Notes: generated by a model from the sequence alone, not told the origin. DNA of 64,000 bases from Deltaproteobacteria bacterium (GCA_016177845.1 JACOUO010000011.1:512326-576325); one strand, 5' to 3'; counted from the stretch's first letter, positions 19,151 through 29,038 are shown. Translations and numbers: made by a program.

Positions 19151-19197
19151 TAATTTGAACATTAAAACACAAAAGCTTATATCAGATGGAAGGATAT

Positions 19198-19225
19198 TTG
19201 ACAAAAAAACGGGCAGTGGTATATT
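19198..19225 (+). promoter_or_regulatory. sigma70 promoter of aminopeptidase
   Basis: TTGACA-16 bp-TATATT with extended -10 TG. Confidence 0.7.
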
Positions 19226-19260
19226 GAAGTTGTAAATATCCCTAAACAGAGGTGTTTTGG

Positions 19261-20397
19261 ATGAATAAGGCGGTTGTAGATATAAATGATGTAATGAGGA
19301 AGATATATACCGTAAACCTTGGGGTCAAAAGCAATGAAAAGGTCCTGGTTTTTACGGACATAATAAAAGACGGTGAGAGAATACTGGAGGGAGATGCCAG
19401 AAGGAGGCTTGAACTTCAGGAGCTTGCCAAAGACCTGGCAGAGATAGGAGAGGAATTCTGCTCTACGGAGTACCTTGAATTCCCCTCTGTGATGGGCCAC
19501 GGCAAGGAGCCGCCTCAGATGGTCTGGGAAGCATGCTTCGGGAAAAAGGTCACGGATGAGCTGACCAAAAAAGGCGTGCTTAAAAAGATAATGGACAAGG
19601 CAGCAAGCCCAGAGGACCTGAAAACGGCAGAGGATATTATCGTAAAAGGGGCTAAATCCCCTGACGCTATAATCGCCCTTTCAAACTTCTCAACCTCCCA
19701 TACAAGGTTCAGGGATTTCCTTACAAGGTGCATGGGTGTGCGCTATGCCAGCATGCCCCTTTTTGAAAAGTCGATGCTCTCAGGGGCAATGACTGCTGAC
19801 TGGAACGAGGTAAAGGAGCGCACCTTAAGGCTTGTGAAAAAGATGTCCGGCGCTGACATGGTCTATATAACCACGCCTAACGGCACATCCATCTCTTTTT
19901 CTATGCAGGGACGCGACCCCTTGCCTGATACAGGCATAATCACAGAGAAGGGGTCTTTCAGCAATCTTCCCGCAGGGGAAGGTTTTCTTGCCCCTCTTGA
20001 AGGAACTGCCGAGGGCGTACTTGTGCTTGAGTGGGCGCCTACAAAAAAACTCCACAGGCCCATAAGCCTTATCGTAAAAGGAGGCCGTGTCGTTGACATT
20101 GACGGCGAGGACGAGTTTGCCCATGACCTGAGGGAAAAGCTCTCGGTAAATCCGCTTATCGGCAATATCGCAGAGCTTGGGATTGGCACGAATGAAAAGG
20201 CGGAACGGCCTGATAATATCTTAGAGACTGAAAAGATACTTGGCACTATCCATATCGCGCTCGGAGACAACTCCTCGTTCGGAGGGAAGGTAGCGGTCCC
20301 ATTCCATCAGGACTTCATATTCTTCAAACCAACGCTTGAGGTCATAAGAGGCGAGCAGAAGATAGAAGTGATAATTGAGGGAGAGCCGAGATTCTAA
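19261..20397 (+). CDS. M29-family (thermophilic metalloprotease-like) aminopeptidase
   Basis: SNLPAGEGFLAP, NIAELGIGTN, LETEKILGTIHIALGDN, HQD; ATG 19261 after GAGGTG. Confidence 0.85.
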   Translation: MNKAVVDINDVMRKIYTVNLGVKSNEKVLVFTDIIKDGERILEGDARRRLELQELAKDLAEIGEEFCSTEYLEFPSVMGHGKEPPQMVWEACFGKKVTDELTKKGVLKKIMDKAASPEDLKTAEDIIVKGAKSPDAIIALSNFSTSHTRFRDFLTRCMGVRYASMPLFEKSMLSGAMTADWNEVKERTLRLVKKMSGADMVYITTPNGTSISFSMQGRDPLPDTGIITEKGSFSNLPAGEGFLAPLEGTAEGVLVLEWAPTKKLHRPISLIVKGGRVVDIDGEDEFAHDLREKLSVNPLIGNIAELGIGTNEKAERPDNILETEKILGTIHIALGDNSSFGGKVAVPFHQDFIFFKPTLEVIRGEQKIEVIIEGEPRF

Positions 20398-20404
20398 AAC
20401 GCTC

Positions 20405-20446
20405 AAAAAAAAGCGGCTCAGGCAAACGCCTGAGCCGCTTTTTTTT
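20405..20446. terminator. Bidirectional intrinsic terminator
   Basis: A-tract-GCGGCTCAGGC-AAAC-GCCTGAGCCGC-T-tract between convergent genes. Confidence 0.9.
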
Positions 20447-20463
20447 ATTCCTTCCTTCTTTCC

Positions 20464-21663
20464 TTAAATCAGTATCCCTGCAATGGTAGCTGTCATGAAG
20501 CTTGCGATGGTAGCGGCGATGAGCGCCTTTATGCACAGGCTTGCCACTTCCTTTTTCCTGTTCGGGGCTATTGTGCTGATTCCGCCAATCAATACTGCTA
20601 CATTGATGAAATTGGAAAAACCGCAAAGCGCATAAGTAGCAATGGTTATCGAACGGGGAGCAAGCGTACCATCAGCAATAAAAGTCTGCATCTTTTGATA
20701 TGCGAGAAATTCCGTGAAGATGGTCTTGATGCCAAGGAGCTGGCCGACCTTGAGGCAGTCTTCCCACGGCACACCCATTATAAAAGCAAAGGGAGTGAAG
20801 AAATACCCCATTATCAATTCAAAGGATGTATTGGCATAGCCTAAGACATGGTTGAGCATGCCAAGAAGAGCTATGAATGAGATGAGCATTGCTGCGACGG
20901 TAGCCGCAAGCTTTAGCCCGTCATGCGCCCCGTTTGCGGCAGCCTCAAACACATTCACATTATCTCCCTTAAGGGACGGCACTGAATCCGTTCCCGTCAT
21001 CGGCTGTTCTGTCTCAGGCATAAAGAGTTTGGACATGACGATTGCCGCGGGCGCGCTCATTACCGAAGCGGCAAGCAGGTGCCCCGCGCTTGCACCGAAG
21101 CTCACATAGACAGCCATGATGCTGCCGGCTATCGTTGACATGAACCCTACCATTACAGTAAACATCTCCGAACGGGTCAGCCTGTCCATATAATCCTTGA
21201 TACCGAAAGTAGCTTCAATGCCCATAAAGACGAACATGGCTGCCATGAGAGCCTCAGCACCTGAGGCCTTCATTGTCCATTCCATTATCCTTGCCATCAA
21301 GCGGATTATCTGCTGGATGATATTAAGGTGGGTAAGCACTCCCATCAAAGCGGATGTGAAGATGATAACGGGCATGACCTTGAAGGCTACTATCGCCCCG
21401 ACATGGTGATCGCTTACAAGGGTGCCGAAAAGGAATTTGGCGCCGAGGTCTGAAAAGTCCAGCAACCCTACCATCGCGACCCTTGCGAAATCAAAAACAA
21501 TCAACCCGGGCTGAGTCTTTAAGATAAGAACTGCGAATATCAACTGGAGAGCAACGCCCCAACCTACCAAACGCCAGCTTATTGCCTTTCTGTTATTGCA
21601 AAGCGCCCATCCGATAGCGATAAAAACCAAAAGTCCGACAACACTTACGGCTCTTTCCAACAT
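20464..21663 (-). CDS. nupC: Concentrative nucleoside transporter (CNT/NupC family)
   Basis: NRKAISWRLV, HLLAASVMSAPAA, EFLAY, TYALCGFSN. Confidence 0.9.
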   Translation of the reverse strand: MLERAVSVVGLLVFIAIGWALCNNRKAISWRLVGWGVALQLIFAVLILKTQPGLIVFDFARVAMVGLLDFSDLGAKFLFGTLVSDHHVGAIVAFKVMPVIIFTSALMGVLTHLNIIQQIIRLMARIMEWTMKASGAEALMAAMFVFMGIEATFGIKDYMDRLTRSEMFTVMVGFMSTIAGSIMAVYVSFGASAGHLLAASVMSAPAAIVMSKLFMPETEQPMTGTDSVPSLKGDNVNVFEAAANGAHDGLKLAATVAAMLISFIALLGMLNHVLGYANTSFELIMGYFFTPFAFIMGVPWEDCLKVGQLLGIKTIFTEFLAYQKMQTFIADGTLAPRSITIATYALCGFSNFINVAVLIGGISTIAPNRKKEVASLCIKALIAATIASFMTATIAGILI

Positions 21664-21670
21664 TTAAGCA

Positions 21671-22090
21671 TTACTCCCCTATTATTTTTACAAGTACCCT
21701 TTTCTTTCTTCTGCCGTCAAATTCTCCGTAAAATATCTGCTCCCATGTGCCGAGGTCAAGCCTGCCGTTTGTAATGGCTACCACAACTTCCCTGCCCATG
21801 ACCTGCCTTTTCAGGTGAGCATCCCCGTTGTCTTCGCCCGTGTCATTATGCCTGTATTGTGAAACAGGCTCATGGGGAGCAAGCCCCTCAAGCCACACAT
21901 CAAAATCATGGTGCAGGCCAGATTCGTCATCGTTTATAAAAACAGAGGAGGTGATGTGCATGGAATTTACAAGCACAAGGCCTTCCTTTACCCCGCTTTC
22001 AGCTACAAGAGAGCTGACCTCAGGGGTGATGTTCACAAAACCTCTCCTGCCCGGAACATTCATAAAGAGCTCTTTACGAAAGGATTTCAT
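21671..22090 (-). CDS. yjbQ: YjbQ/UPF0047 family protein
   Basis: [28 protein letters not shown]. Confidence 0.92.
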   Translation of the reverse strand: MKSFRKELFMNVPGRRGFVNITPEVSSLVAESGVKEGLVLVNSMHITSSVFINDDESGLHHDFDVWLEGLAPHEPVSQYRHNDTGEDNGDAHLKRQVMGREVVVAITNGRLDLGTWEQIFYGEFDGRRKKRVLVKIIGE

Positions 22091-22110
22091 TGGCGCTCCT
22101 TCTGTTTTCT

Positions 22111-23289
22111 TTATAGCAGTTTACTTTCCTTATGCCTCTTTGCAATTTCTTCGGCAAGGTTTTCAAGAGCCTTAAGGTCATTTTCCTTTGGCATTCCCTT
22201 TGCCAAAACCGGCGCGAGCATCTCGACCTTTAGCGTGCCTATTGTTGATGTAATCTGCTCTACAACCTTTCCGCCCCATCCCTGAGAGCCTATGATGGAG
22301 GCGAACCTGACCTTGGGCTTTAGGGCATTGGCCAGAAATGCCGCTGCTATCACATTCGGGTGCGCCCCCGTAAGCACGGTGGGAGAGCCGAATATAAGGG
22401 TTGCCGCATCGACAAGCGACATGGCAAATTTACCGCTGTCCATGACAGAGGTATTAAACCTCTCGACATTGACTCCCCTTTGGGAGAGCGCGTCGGTCAG
22501 ATGGTTGACCATTGCCTCGGTGCTTCCGTGCATTGAGGCATATACGATTACGGCATTATTTGCCAGGTCTTCTGATATCCACTTCGCATGGGACTTCATG
22601 ATGCCCTCTGCGTTTTTATGCACAGGGCCGTGGCTCGGGGCAATGATGTCTATATCGTATTTCTCAAGCCTGTCCATGTGCTTGCGGATGATATTCCTGA
22701 AGGGCATCATCACTTCAGCGTAATACCTTTTTGCTGCCTCGCAGGCCTTCTCCTCATCCTCGACAAATACGCCTGAGAACGACAGATGAGAACCGAACAG
22801 GTCGCAGCTGAATAAAACCTTATCCTCACGGATATAGGTGGAGAAGGTCTCAGGCCAGTGCACCCAAGGGGTGTAGATGACCTCTATAGTTTTATCGCCT
22901 AAAGAAAGCGTCTCCCCGTCAGCTACCGTTATAATGGACTCGGCAGGTATCTTAAGGAGGTCTAACAGCAGCTCCCTGCCCTTCGGGCTTGTGACTACCT
23001 TGGCATTTTTATATCTTTCAAGGACTTGAGGGATGGAACCGGAATGGTCCTGTTCAGCGTGGTGTGAGATTATATAATCAATCTCATCTACCCCGGCGAG
23101 GGTAGAGAGTAACATATCAGTCTTGGTTGGGTCAACAGTATCGAACAGGGCTGTTTTTTTGCTTCCCTTTACAAGATAAGCGTTGTAGCTTGTCCCGTCA
23201 GGAAGAGGTATCAGGGCGTCAAAAAGCCTCCTGTCCCAATCAACCGCGCCGACCCAGTATATACCTTCTTTTATTTTTTTCTTCTCCAT
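22111..23289 (-). CDS. fprA: Class A flavodiiron protein (O2/NO reductase)
   Basis: [32 protein letters not shown]-terminal flavodoxin YASMHGST. Confidence 0.93.
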   Translation of the reverse strand: MEKKKIKEGIYWVGAVDWDRRLFDALIPLPDGTSYNAYLVKGSKKTALFDTVDPTKTDMLLSTLAGVDEIDYIISHHAEQDHSGSIPQVLERYKNAKVVTSPKGRELLLDLLKIPAESIITVADGETLSLGDKTIEVIYTPWVHWPETFSTYIREDKVLFSCDLFGSHLSFSGVFVEDEEKACEAAKRYYAEVMMPFRNIIRKHMDRLEKYDIDIIAPSHGPVHKNAEGIMKSHAKWISEDLANNAVIVYASMHGSTEAMVNHLTDALSQRGVNVERFNTSVMDSGKFAMSLVDAATLIFGSPTVLTGAHPNVIAAAFLANALKPKVRFASIIGSQGWGGKVVEQITSTIGTLKVEMLAPVLAKGMPKENDLKALENLAEEIAKRHKESKLL

Positions 23290-23323
23290 ATCCTACCTCA
23301 CACATCTTAAGATTAACGCGCGC

Positions 23324-24445
23324 CTAAAGGGCGCGCTTAAATACCAGCATCCCAAGCGCTATCGTCACGCAGGCGAATGCCGCCAGAAAGATTATATCGC
23401 CCCCAACAGCGCTGATACCCGCCCCCTTAAAGAGGATGGACCTGAGCGCATGGACAGAATAAGTCTCAGGGTTTACCTTGGCAAATGCCTTAAGCCAGCC
23501 CGGAAAGCTTTCTATGGGATAAATTGCCCCGCTTGGAAAGAAAAAGATGACATTCAAAAACCCTCCGAGCACTCCTACTATCCTGGGGTGGTTTATCCTG
23601 CCCATTATCATGAACATCAGCCCCTGCAGGCCAAGGGTTGATAGCATTATCACAAGCAGGATTGAGATGATATCCTGCAGATGAAGCATCTGCCAGAGAT
23701 AAATGCCTGAGATTAAAGAGCTTAGGAACAGGACCAGTACCGCAAGTATAGTCGTAATCAAAAGCCCGCTTCCGACCAATCCCATCACTATATCCATCTT
23801 GGTAAGAGGCGTCAGAAAATAGCTCTCCTCCACGCCAAGGAACTTATCCATGACCATGTTGAAAGCGCCTGTTGTCATTGCCCCTAAAAATATCGCCATG
23901 ATGACGACCCCGGGGATAAGGGTCTGGTCATAATCTATCTTTTTATACAGCTCAACACTCCTTAAGTAGGTCTTTGTGCGCTCTTCGCGCACCGATATAT
24001 AATCAGCCCTCAATTCAGGAATAGCCCTTGAGATGGCAGCTGATATCGTATTTGCGGATATTGTCTCCGCGTTATCAAGGAACAGTCCGAGCTCGGAGCC
24101 TGTCTGCCGTATGACATTCCTGCTGAAGTCCGGCGGTATTACAAGGACCGCCTTAAAGACCCCTTCCCTTAAGCCCTGCATGGCAAAGCCCTGGTCTGAT
24201 ATCATCTGTGCATTGATAGTCTTTGGCCCTGCCTCCAATGACCTAAGAAGCTCAAGCACCTTTTCAGAATACGGGCCTCTATCAAGGTCAACGACCGCAA
24301 GCGGCAGGTTTTTAAGCTCGCCCTGAAAAGAATTGCCGAGTATCACAAGATAGATGATGGGCATAAGAAGACTCATGGCAACCACAAGCGGGTTCCTTAT
24401 GAACTTCCTTAAATCCCTCTCAAGTATGGCGTAGAAGCGGTCCAT
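23324..24445 (-). CDS. ABC-2 type exporter permease
   Basis: TM plus periplasmic domain plus 5 TMs, SGAIYPIESFP, NPETY. Confidence 0.9.
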   Translation of the reverse strand: MDRFYAILERDLRKFIRNPLVVAMSLLMPIIYLVILGNSFQGELKNLPLAVVDLDRGPYSEKVLELLRSLEAGPKTINAQMISDQGFAMQGLREGVFKAVLVIPPDFSRNVIRQTGSELGLFLDNAETISANTISAAISRAIPELRADYISVREERTKTYLRSVELYKKIDYDQTLIPGVVIMAIFLGAMTTGAFNMVMDKFLGVEESYFLTPLTKMDIVMGLVGSGLLITTILAVLVLFLSSLISGIYLWQMLHLQDIISILLVIMLSTLGLQGLMFMIMGRINHPRIVGVLGGFLNVIFFFPSGAIYPIESFPGWLKAFAKVNPETYSVHALRSILFKGAGISAVGGDIIFLAAFACVTIALGMLVFKRAL

Positions 24446-24446
24446 G

Positions 24447-25448
24447 CTACTTGCCCCACTTGGAAGGCACTCCTGCGCCTAAAAGGAAGCTTACCTTCTT
24501 TGCCTCTTCTTCCCTTATCGGCCTTCCGGTAAAATGGATAAAAACATCTTCAAGCGATAACTGCTTAAGAAGCGCCTTATTGATATTGGCGCCCATTTTG
24601 TTCAGGCCTTCTATGAGGACAGGGATTGCCTGCGCCCCGTTATCAGAACCTATTATCAGTGCGTCATCCCTGTTCACGCATGATTTTACGGTAGGAACGG
24701 TCTTGACCCATTCGATTGCCTTTTCTAAATCCACACCGCTTATTGTAAGCTCTACAATATCTTTTTCAGGCACCTGTTTTTTAAGCCCTTCGACCGAATC
24801 GAGAGCCACAATTTTTCCGTGGTCTATGATAGCGACATGGTCGCAGAGGGTTTCAGCCTCTTCCATGTAGTGCGTTGTCAAGAGTATCGTAAGCTTGTCC
24901 ATCTTCCTGAATTTTTCAAGCAGTTCCCAGACAACATGCCTTGACTGGGGGTCAAGTCCGATAGTAGGCTCATCGAGTATGAGTATCGAAGGTTTATGCA
25001 CAAGTCCTCTGGCTATCTCAAGCCTTCTTCTCATGCCTCCGGAATAAGTCGCAACAAGGTCTTTTGCCCTTTCCCTCAAGCCCACCATCTCAAGGAGCTC
25101 GTATATCCTTTCCTGCCTCTCTTTTTTTGGCATGCCGTAGAACCTTGCATAGATATCCATGGTCTCGATGCCCGTAAGGTCAAGGTCGCTGGTCATTGCC
25201 TGAGGCACTACGCCGATTAAGTTCCGCACCTTTGCCCTGTCTTTGACCACATCAAGGCCGAGGATTCCGGCCTTACCATTTGTGGGGCGCAGCAGCGTCG
25301 TAAGTATCCTTATAAGCGTAGTCTTTCCCGCGCCGTTCGGCCCCAAAAGGCCGAAGAAATCCCCTTCGGGGATTGATAAAGAGACCCCGCCAAGCGCGGC
25401 CAGTTCTCCGTATTTCTTTGTAAGTTCTATTGTCTCAATGGCTGCCAT
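24447..25448 (-). CDS. ABC exporter ATP-binding subunit (DrrA-like)
   Basis: GPNGAGKTT, YSGGMRRRL, ILDEPT, TTHY. Confidence 0.95.
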   Translation of the reverse strand: MAAIETIELTKKYGELAALGGVSLSIPEGDFFGLLGPNGAGKTTLIRILTTLLRPTNGKAGILGLDVVKDRAKVRNLIGVVPQAMTSDLDLTGIETMDIYARFYGMPKKERQERIYELLEMVGLRERAKDLVATYSGGMRRRLEIARGLVHKPSILILDEPTIGLDPQSRHVVWELLEKFRKMDKLTILLTTHYMEEAETLCDHVAIIDHGKIVALDSVEGLKKQVPEKDIVELTISGVDLEKAIEWVKTVPTVKSCVNRDDALIIGSDNGAQAIPVLIEGLNKMGANINKALLKQLSLEDVFIHFTGRPIREEEAKKVSFLLGAGVPSKWGK

Positions 25449-25456
25449 AATTTTTT

Positions 25457-26500
25457 TTATTTAAAATGGATCCTCACGGTTACGGTCATGCCCGGCTTTA
25501 ACGCGCCCTGCGCGTTCTCAATGCCTGCCTTGACCCTGAAGGTCTTTATGTCAGACCTTCCCCTTGTCACATCCCTCTGAGTAGCAAAACCGCCGACCTC
25601 GCTGACCTCAATCACCTTTGCCTCAAAAAAAACCTTTTCAGAGCCCATCGGAATTATTTCTGCCCTGCTTCCAAGCTTTATCCTTTGTATCTGCGTCTCT
25701 TCTATGTCAACCCTTGCCCAGATATTTTTCAGGTCATCAATGGTATAGATCGATGCGCCGGGGTTCACATACTCACCCGCTTCAAATGCCTTATAGACCA
25801 CAACACCTGAAATAGGTGAAGCTATCTCGGTATCATCAAGCTGCGCCAGAAGCACATTTACCTGTGCCTGCGCCTGGGCTTTTTTGGCCTCTCCGAGCGA
25901 TATTCTTGCCCTTGCCGCTTTTATATTCACCGCAGAGTTACGCAGATTTGCCTCTGCGGCCCGCCTGCGGGCTGCTGCGGCCTCAAGCTGGGCATTATTT
26001 GAATCAAATGCGGCCTGCGCGGCGTCAAGGTCCTTTTTAGCTATGAAGCCGTCCTTAAACAGGCCCTTAGCCCTTTCAAGGTTCTCCCTCGCCTCTCCCT
26101 GTATCGCCCTTACTCTCTCCACCTCGGCCTGCGAAGCCTCCACATCATATTTGGCGGCCTCGTTCTGGACCTTAGCATTCTCAAGGCTTACCCTTGCCTC
26201 GTTGACCGACTGTTCAGCCCCGACAACCGCTGCCCTTGCTTCTTCAATGCGCGCCTTAAGCTCATTATTATCAATGCGGACGCTAATTGCCCCTGCCTCA
26301 ATGGCGTCACCTTCCCTGCAGCAGAGCCACTGTATCCTGCCAGCTATTTTAGAGGTCAACTCCACCTCGGTAGCTTCTATGATGCCTGTTGATTCGATGT
26401 AATCAAATTCCTTTGTCTTTTTGAAAAACACTGAATAAATGCCTGCGGCAATAAATATCAGAATAACGGATGCAGCAAGCGGTTTGATGATTTTTTTCAT
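25457..26500 (-). CDS. HlyD-family periplasmic adaptor
   Basis: N-terminal TM, lipoyl halves, long hairpin, LKPGM. Confidence 0.92.
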   Translation of the reverse strand: MKKIIKPLAASVILIFIAAGIYSVFFKKTKEFDYIESTGIIEATEVELTSKIAGRIQWLCCREGDAIEAGAISVRIDNNELKARIEEARAAVVGAEQSVNEARVSLENAKVQNEAAKYDVEASQAEVERVRAIQGEARENLERAKGLFKDGFIAKKDLDAAQAAFDSNNAQLEAAAARRRAAEANLRNSAVNIKAARARISLGEAKKAQAQAQVNVLLAQLDDTEIASPISGVVVYKAFEAGEYVNPGASIYTIDDLKNIWARVDIEETQIQRIKLGSRAEIIPMGSEKVFFEAKVIEVSEVGGFATQRDVTRGRSDIKTFRVKAGIENAQGALKPGMTVTVRIHFK

Positions 26501-26673
26501 CAGTAGAGCCCCTTATGAGAAGTCACGATACGAATCTGAGCATAGCAAAATAGAATTTCTTTTACAAACCCGTATCATAGATTATATAAGAGAAGCTGAA
26601 TACAGGGAAGACTTCAGAGAAAAAAATGCAGGAAAGCCGGTTTTTTTGAAGGGATTATTTTTAATTGGGCAAT

Positions 26674-26704
26674 AAAAAAGGGCGGGGTTTTACCCGCCCT
26701 TTTC
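26674..26704. terminator. Intrinsic terminator after hypothetical gene
   Basis: AAAAAAGGGCGGG-GTTTTA-CCCGCCCTTTTT. Confidence 0.85.
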
Positions 26705-26720
26705 ACATATAACTTCAATA

Positions 26721-27152
26721 TTACTCAGTGACCATTTTAGTGCTTGCCACTATCATTCCGCCTATCTCGATCTTGCCGTCCTGGGCCTCAGCTATTGACT
26801 GCTGGTCCCAGTCTTTCCCGTCCTGCCTCCAGATGCCGTTTACCACCAGCTCCTGTCCTTCGCCGAACAGTTCAAAAGGAGGTTTTTTGGTTTTATATCT
26901 CGGCACAAAAAGTATGCTTGATATGCGGGATTCTTCAAAGACAATGGGCTTGCAGGCAATAACAAACCAGTACTGGTAAAGCTTGGCGAGCTTTTTCTCC
27001 CTGCCCGGCCCCTGTACTATGATCGGGAGATCCGGCTCAGGATCAACCTCACGGAAACCGTCAAGACCTTCAACAAAATTCCCGATTATTATATTTGTCT
27101 TATCGCCGGCATCAAAACCGCGCGGCTCCCCAACTTCAATTTTTATCTTCAT
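26721..27152 (-). CDS. Hypothetical protein
   Basis: 143-aa ORF with AGGGG SD and its own terminator; no recognised family. Confidence 0.7.
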   Translation of the reverse strand: MKIKIEVGEPRGFDAGDKTNIIIGNFVEGLDGFREVDPEPDLPIIVQGPGREKKLAKLYQYWFVIACKPIVFEESRISSILFVPRYKTKKPPFELFGEGQELVVNGIWRQDGKDWDQQSIAEAQDGKIEIGGMIVASTKMVTE

Positions 27153-27227
27153 GAAAAACCCCTATCCGATGTTTTATATATGATATCAACATACATCGGG
27201 CTTATAAAGTAAAAAATAAGGGTAGTT

Positions 27228-27905
27228 TCAACCTGCAAGACCGGACATCGCCCTTTGGACCTTAACAAAATAGCCGTCATCAGATGGGCCGCTGCCCCTG
27301 TAATATCTTAAAATACCCTCTTTGTAACCCCACTTCGCTATATTATACGAGAGTATGAAACAGCCTGCCTTTATATTGGTATCAATCGAGAAGAGGTCGT
27401 CTTTTATGCCAAGTTCCTGCCTCCAAAGCGGCATTACCTGCATAAGCCCCCTCGCCCCTCTCGGGCTTACAGCCTTCAATTTCCCGTGCGACTCAACTTT
27501 AATTACAGCAACTATCAAGCTCGGCGAAAGGTTATACAGTTCACTGTAATTGACTATTGCCCTGCCTATTTGATAGATTTCCTGCGTCGTCAGGTCAGGG
27601 TTCACTGAGGCCAGATGGCTTCCCCATAAGAGGGCTTCCTCCATATTTCGGAGAGCGTCCACCCTAAGGTTTTTGGCATTTTCCAACTGCTCATCAAGGG
27701 TCTTGAGCCTCTCCGAAATCTCCTGCCTTTCAGGGGAGCTCTTTATCAGGCTGCATGAGCTTAACAAAAAGAAAGCAAGGCCAAGGCATAAAACAGCGCC
27801 CAGCCTGCAATAGCCCTCTTTAAGGGATTTCAGGCTAAGGCAGCCGTCAATGCCCTTCTTCTTTTCGTCGGTCTTAGAATAAAGAGATAATTCTTTTTTA
27901 TTCAC
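27228..27905 (-). CDS. Lytic transglycosylase (SLT domain), probable lipoprotein
   Basis: AVIKVES, AVSPRGARGLMQVMP, NIKAG; hydrophobic stretch ending LLSSC. Confidence 0.88.
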   Translation of the reverse strand: MNKKELSLYSKTDEKKKGIDGCLSLKSLKEGYCRLGAVLCLGLAFFLLSSCSLIKSSPERQEISERLKTLDEQLENAKNLRVDALRNMEEALLWGSHLASVNPDLTTQEIYQIGRAIVNYSELYNLSPSLIVAVIKVESHGKLKAVSPRGARGLMQVMPLWRQELGIKDDLFSIDTNIKAGCFILSYNIAKWGYKEGILRYYRGSGPSDDGYFVKVQRAMSGLAG

Positions 27906-28066
27906 AGTTTAACCAACTCTCCCGAGCATATCCTTGTCAGCCAGATGAATGTACCGTCAATAGGATGCTGCTTATATTCTTTCCCGCAATCCTCGCAAAC
28001 GCAAGTACCTTCAGCCCTAAGGTATTTAGAAGATTCTTTTATGATTTTTTGTAAGTCCAGCTCCAT
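27902..28066 (-). CDS. 54-aa Cys/His microprotein (putative Zn-binding)
   Basis: Manual translation MELDLQKIIKESSKYLRAEGTCVCEDCGKEYKQHPIDGTFIWLTRICSGELVKL; TGA overlaps the GTG start of the SLT gene. Confidence 0.65.
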   Translation of the reverse strand: MELDLQKIIKESSKYLRAEGTCVCEDCGKEYKQHPIDGTFIWLTRICSGELVKL

Positions 28067-28380
28067 TCCCCGATTCTTTCAACGCGAACACTTAGCGTAA
28101 GTATCTATTTTTTTGAATAAAAAATATGAAAAAGAAAAACAGGACGGCTCAGGCATAATCAAGCTCTAAGGAGCTCAGGGCGCTTTATTAAGGGCGCGCA
28201 GGCTCCATTCTGGTATTTTTTTAGAGGGCGCTCTTTGCGATAGAATAAGTATAATGCAGAAAAAAAATTCTGCAGGGATTTGGGCAAAAAAAAATTGGAG
28301 GGCATGGAAATAACAGGTAAAAGGATTTGGCAATATTCCTGAATTTATAATAGAATTAGTTTAGAGGTAGGGTACTTATA

Positions 28381-29022
28381 ATGGAAAAACCGTCATCAAC
28401 AGAACTGGCCAGAAACAAAAATGAATCCGGCAGTCTGCTAAAAGACCTGATTCTGTTTATCAAATCTTCATCGCGTTCGTATGATGAAGGCTACTTTGGA
28501 GAGGCGCACAGGCTTGCCGTGGCCATACGCTCAATAGTGCATGGCTCACCCGGAACACTTTCAATACTTGAAGAACTGGGCTTAACAGACCTGTTCTTTT
28601 ATGATAATTGCCCGAATTACAGGCCTGAGATACATATGCCGTTCAGCGGGCTCGCGCTTGCAGGAATGGCAAAAGACGACCCGGAATATGTGCCCAGGCT
28701 TGGACAGAACCCTAATGTCAAGACAAACAAGGTCACATATGAGCAGTGGTGGAATAAAAAGGTAATAGTCGATGAGGAATTCAATATCGATCTTACCAGA
28801 GAAGGCGTAATAGAGGCGGTGGCAAATACTTTCAGCAAGGAGCAGGTGGACCCTAAGCTGAATGATTTTTACAATGAGACGATACTTAAGTGCGGGCTTG
28901 GGTGGGTTGATGAGAAGGCAGCGCTTCAGCTCTCAATGATACCCATTGAGTTTGCAAGCGTGAGGCAAATAGCCTATGAGCTTATAAAGGCTCTGGAAGA
29001 GCAGATACCCCAGTATTGCTGA
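28381..29022 (+). CDS. Hypothetical protein
   Basis: 213-aa ORF with GAGG SD; SYDEG...EAHRLAVAIRSIVH...WWNKKVI...SVRQIAYEL pattern resembles a widespread uncharacterised family. Confidence 0.75.
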   Translation: MEKPSSTELARNKNESGSLLKDLILFIKSSSRSYDEGYFGEAHRLAVAIRSIVHGSPGTLSILEELGLTDLFFYDNCPNYRPEIHMPFSGLALAGMAKDDPEYVPRLGQNPNVKTNKVTYEQWWNKKVIVDEEFNIDLTREGVIEAVANTFSKEQVDPKLNDFYNETILKCGLGWVDEKAALQLSMIPIEFASVRQIAYELIKALEEQIPQYC

Positions 29023-29038
29023 CCGGGATGCAAGCCCT

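Noticed and set aside
1887..19260. c-di-GMP (GEMM) riboswitch in flagellar leaders
   Set aside because: No GGCAAA..GAAA..GACGCAAA pattern found by eye; an Infernal scan would be needed to exclude it
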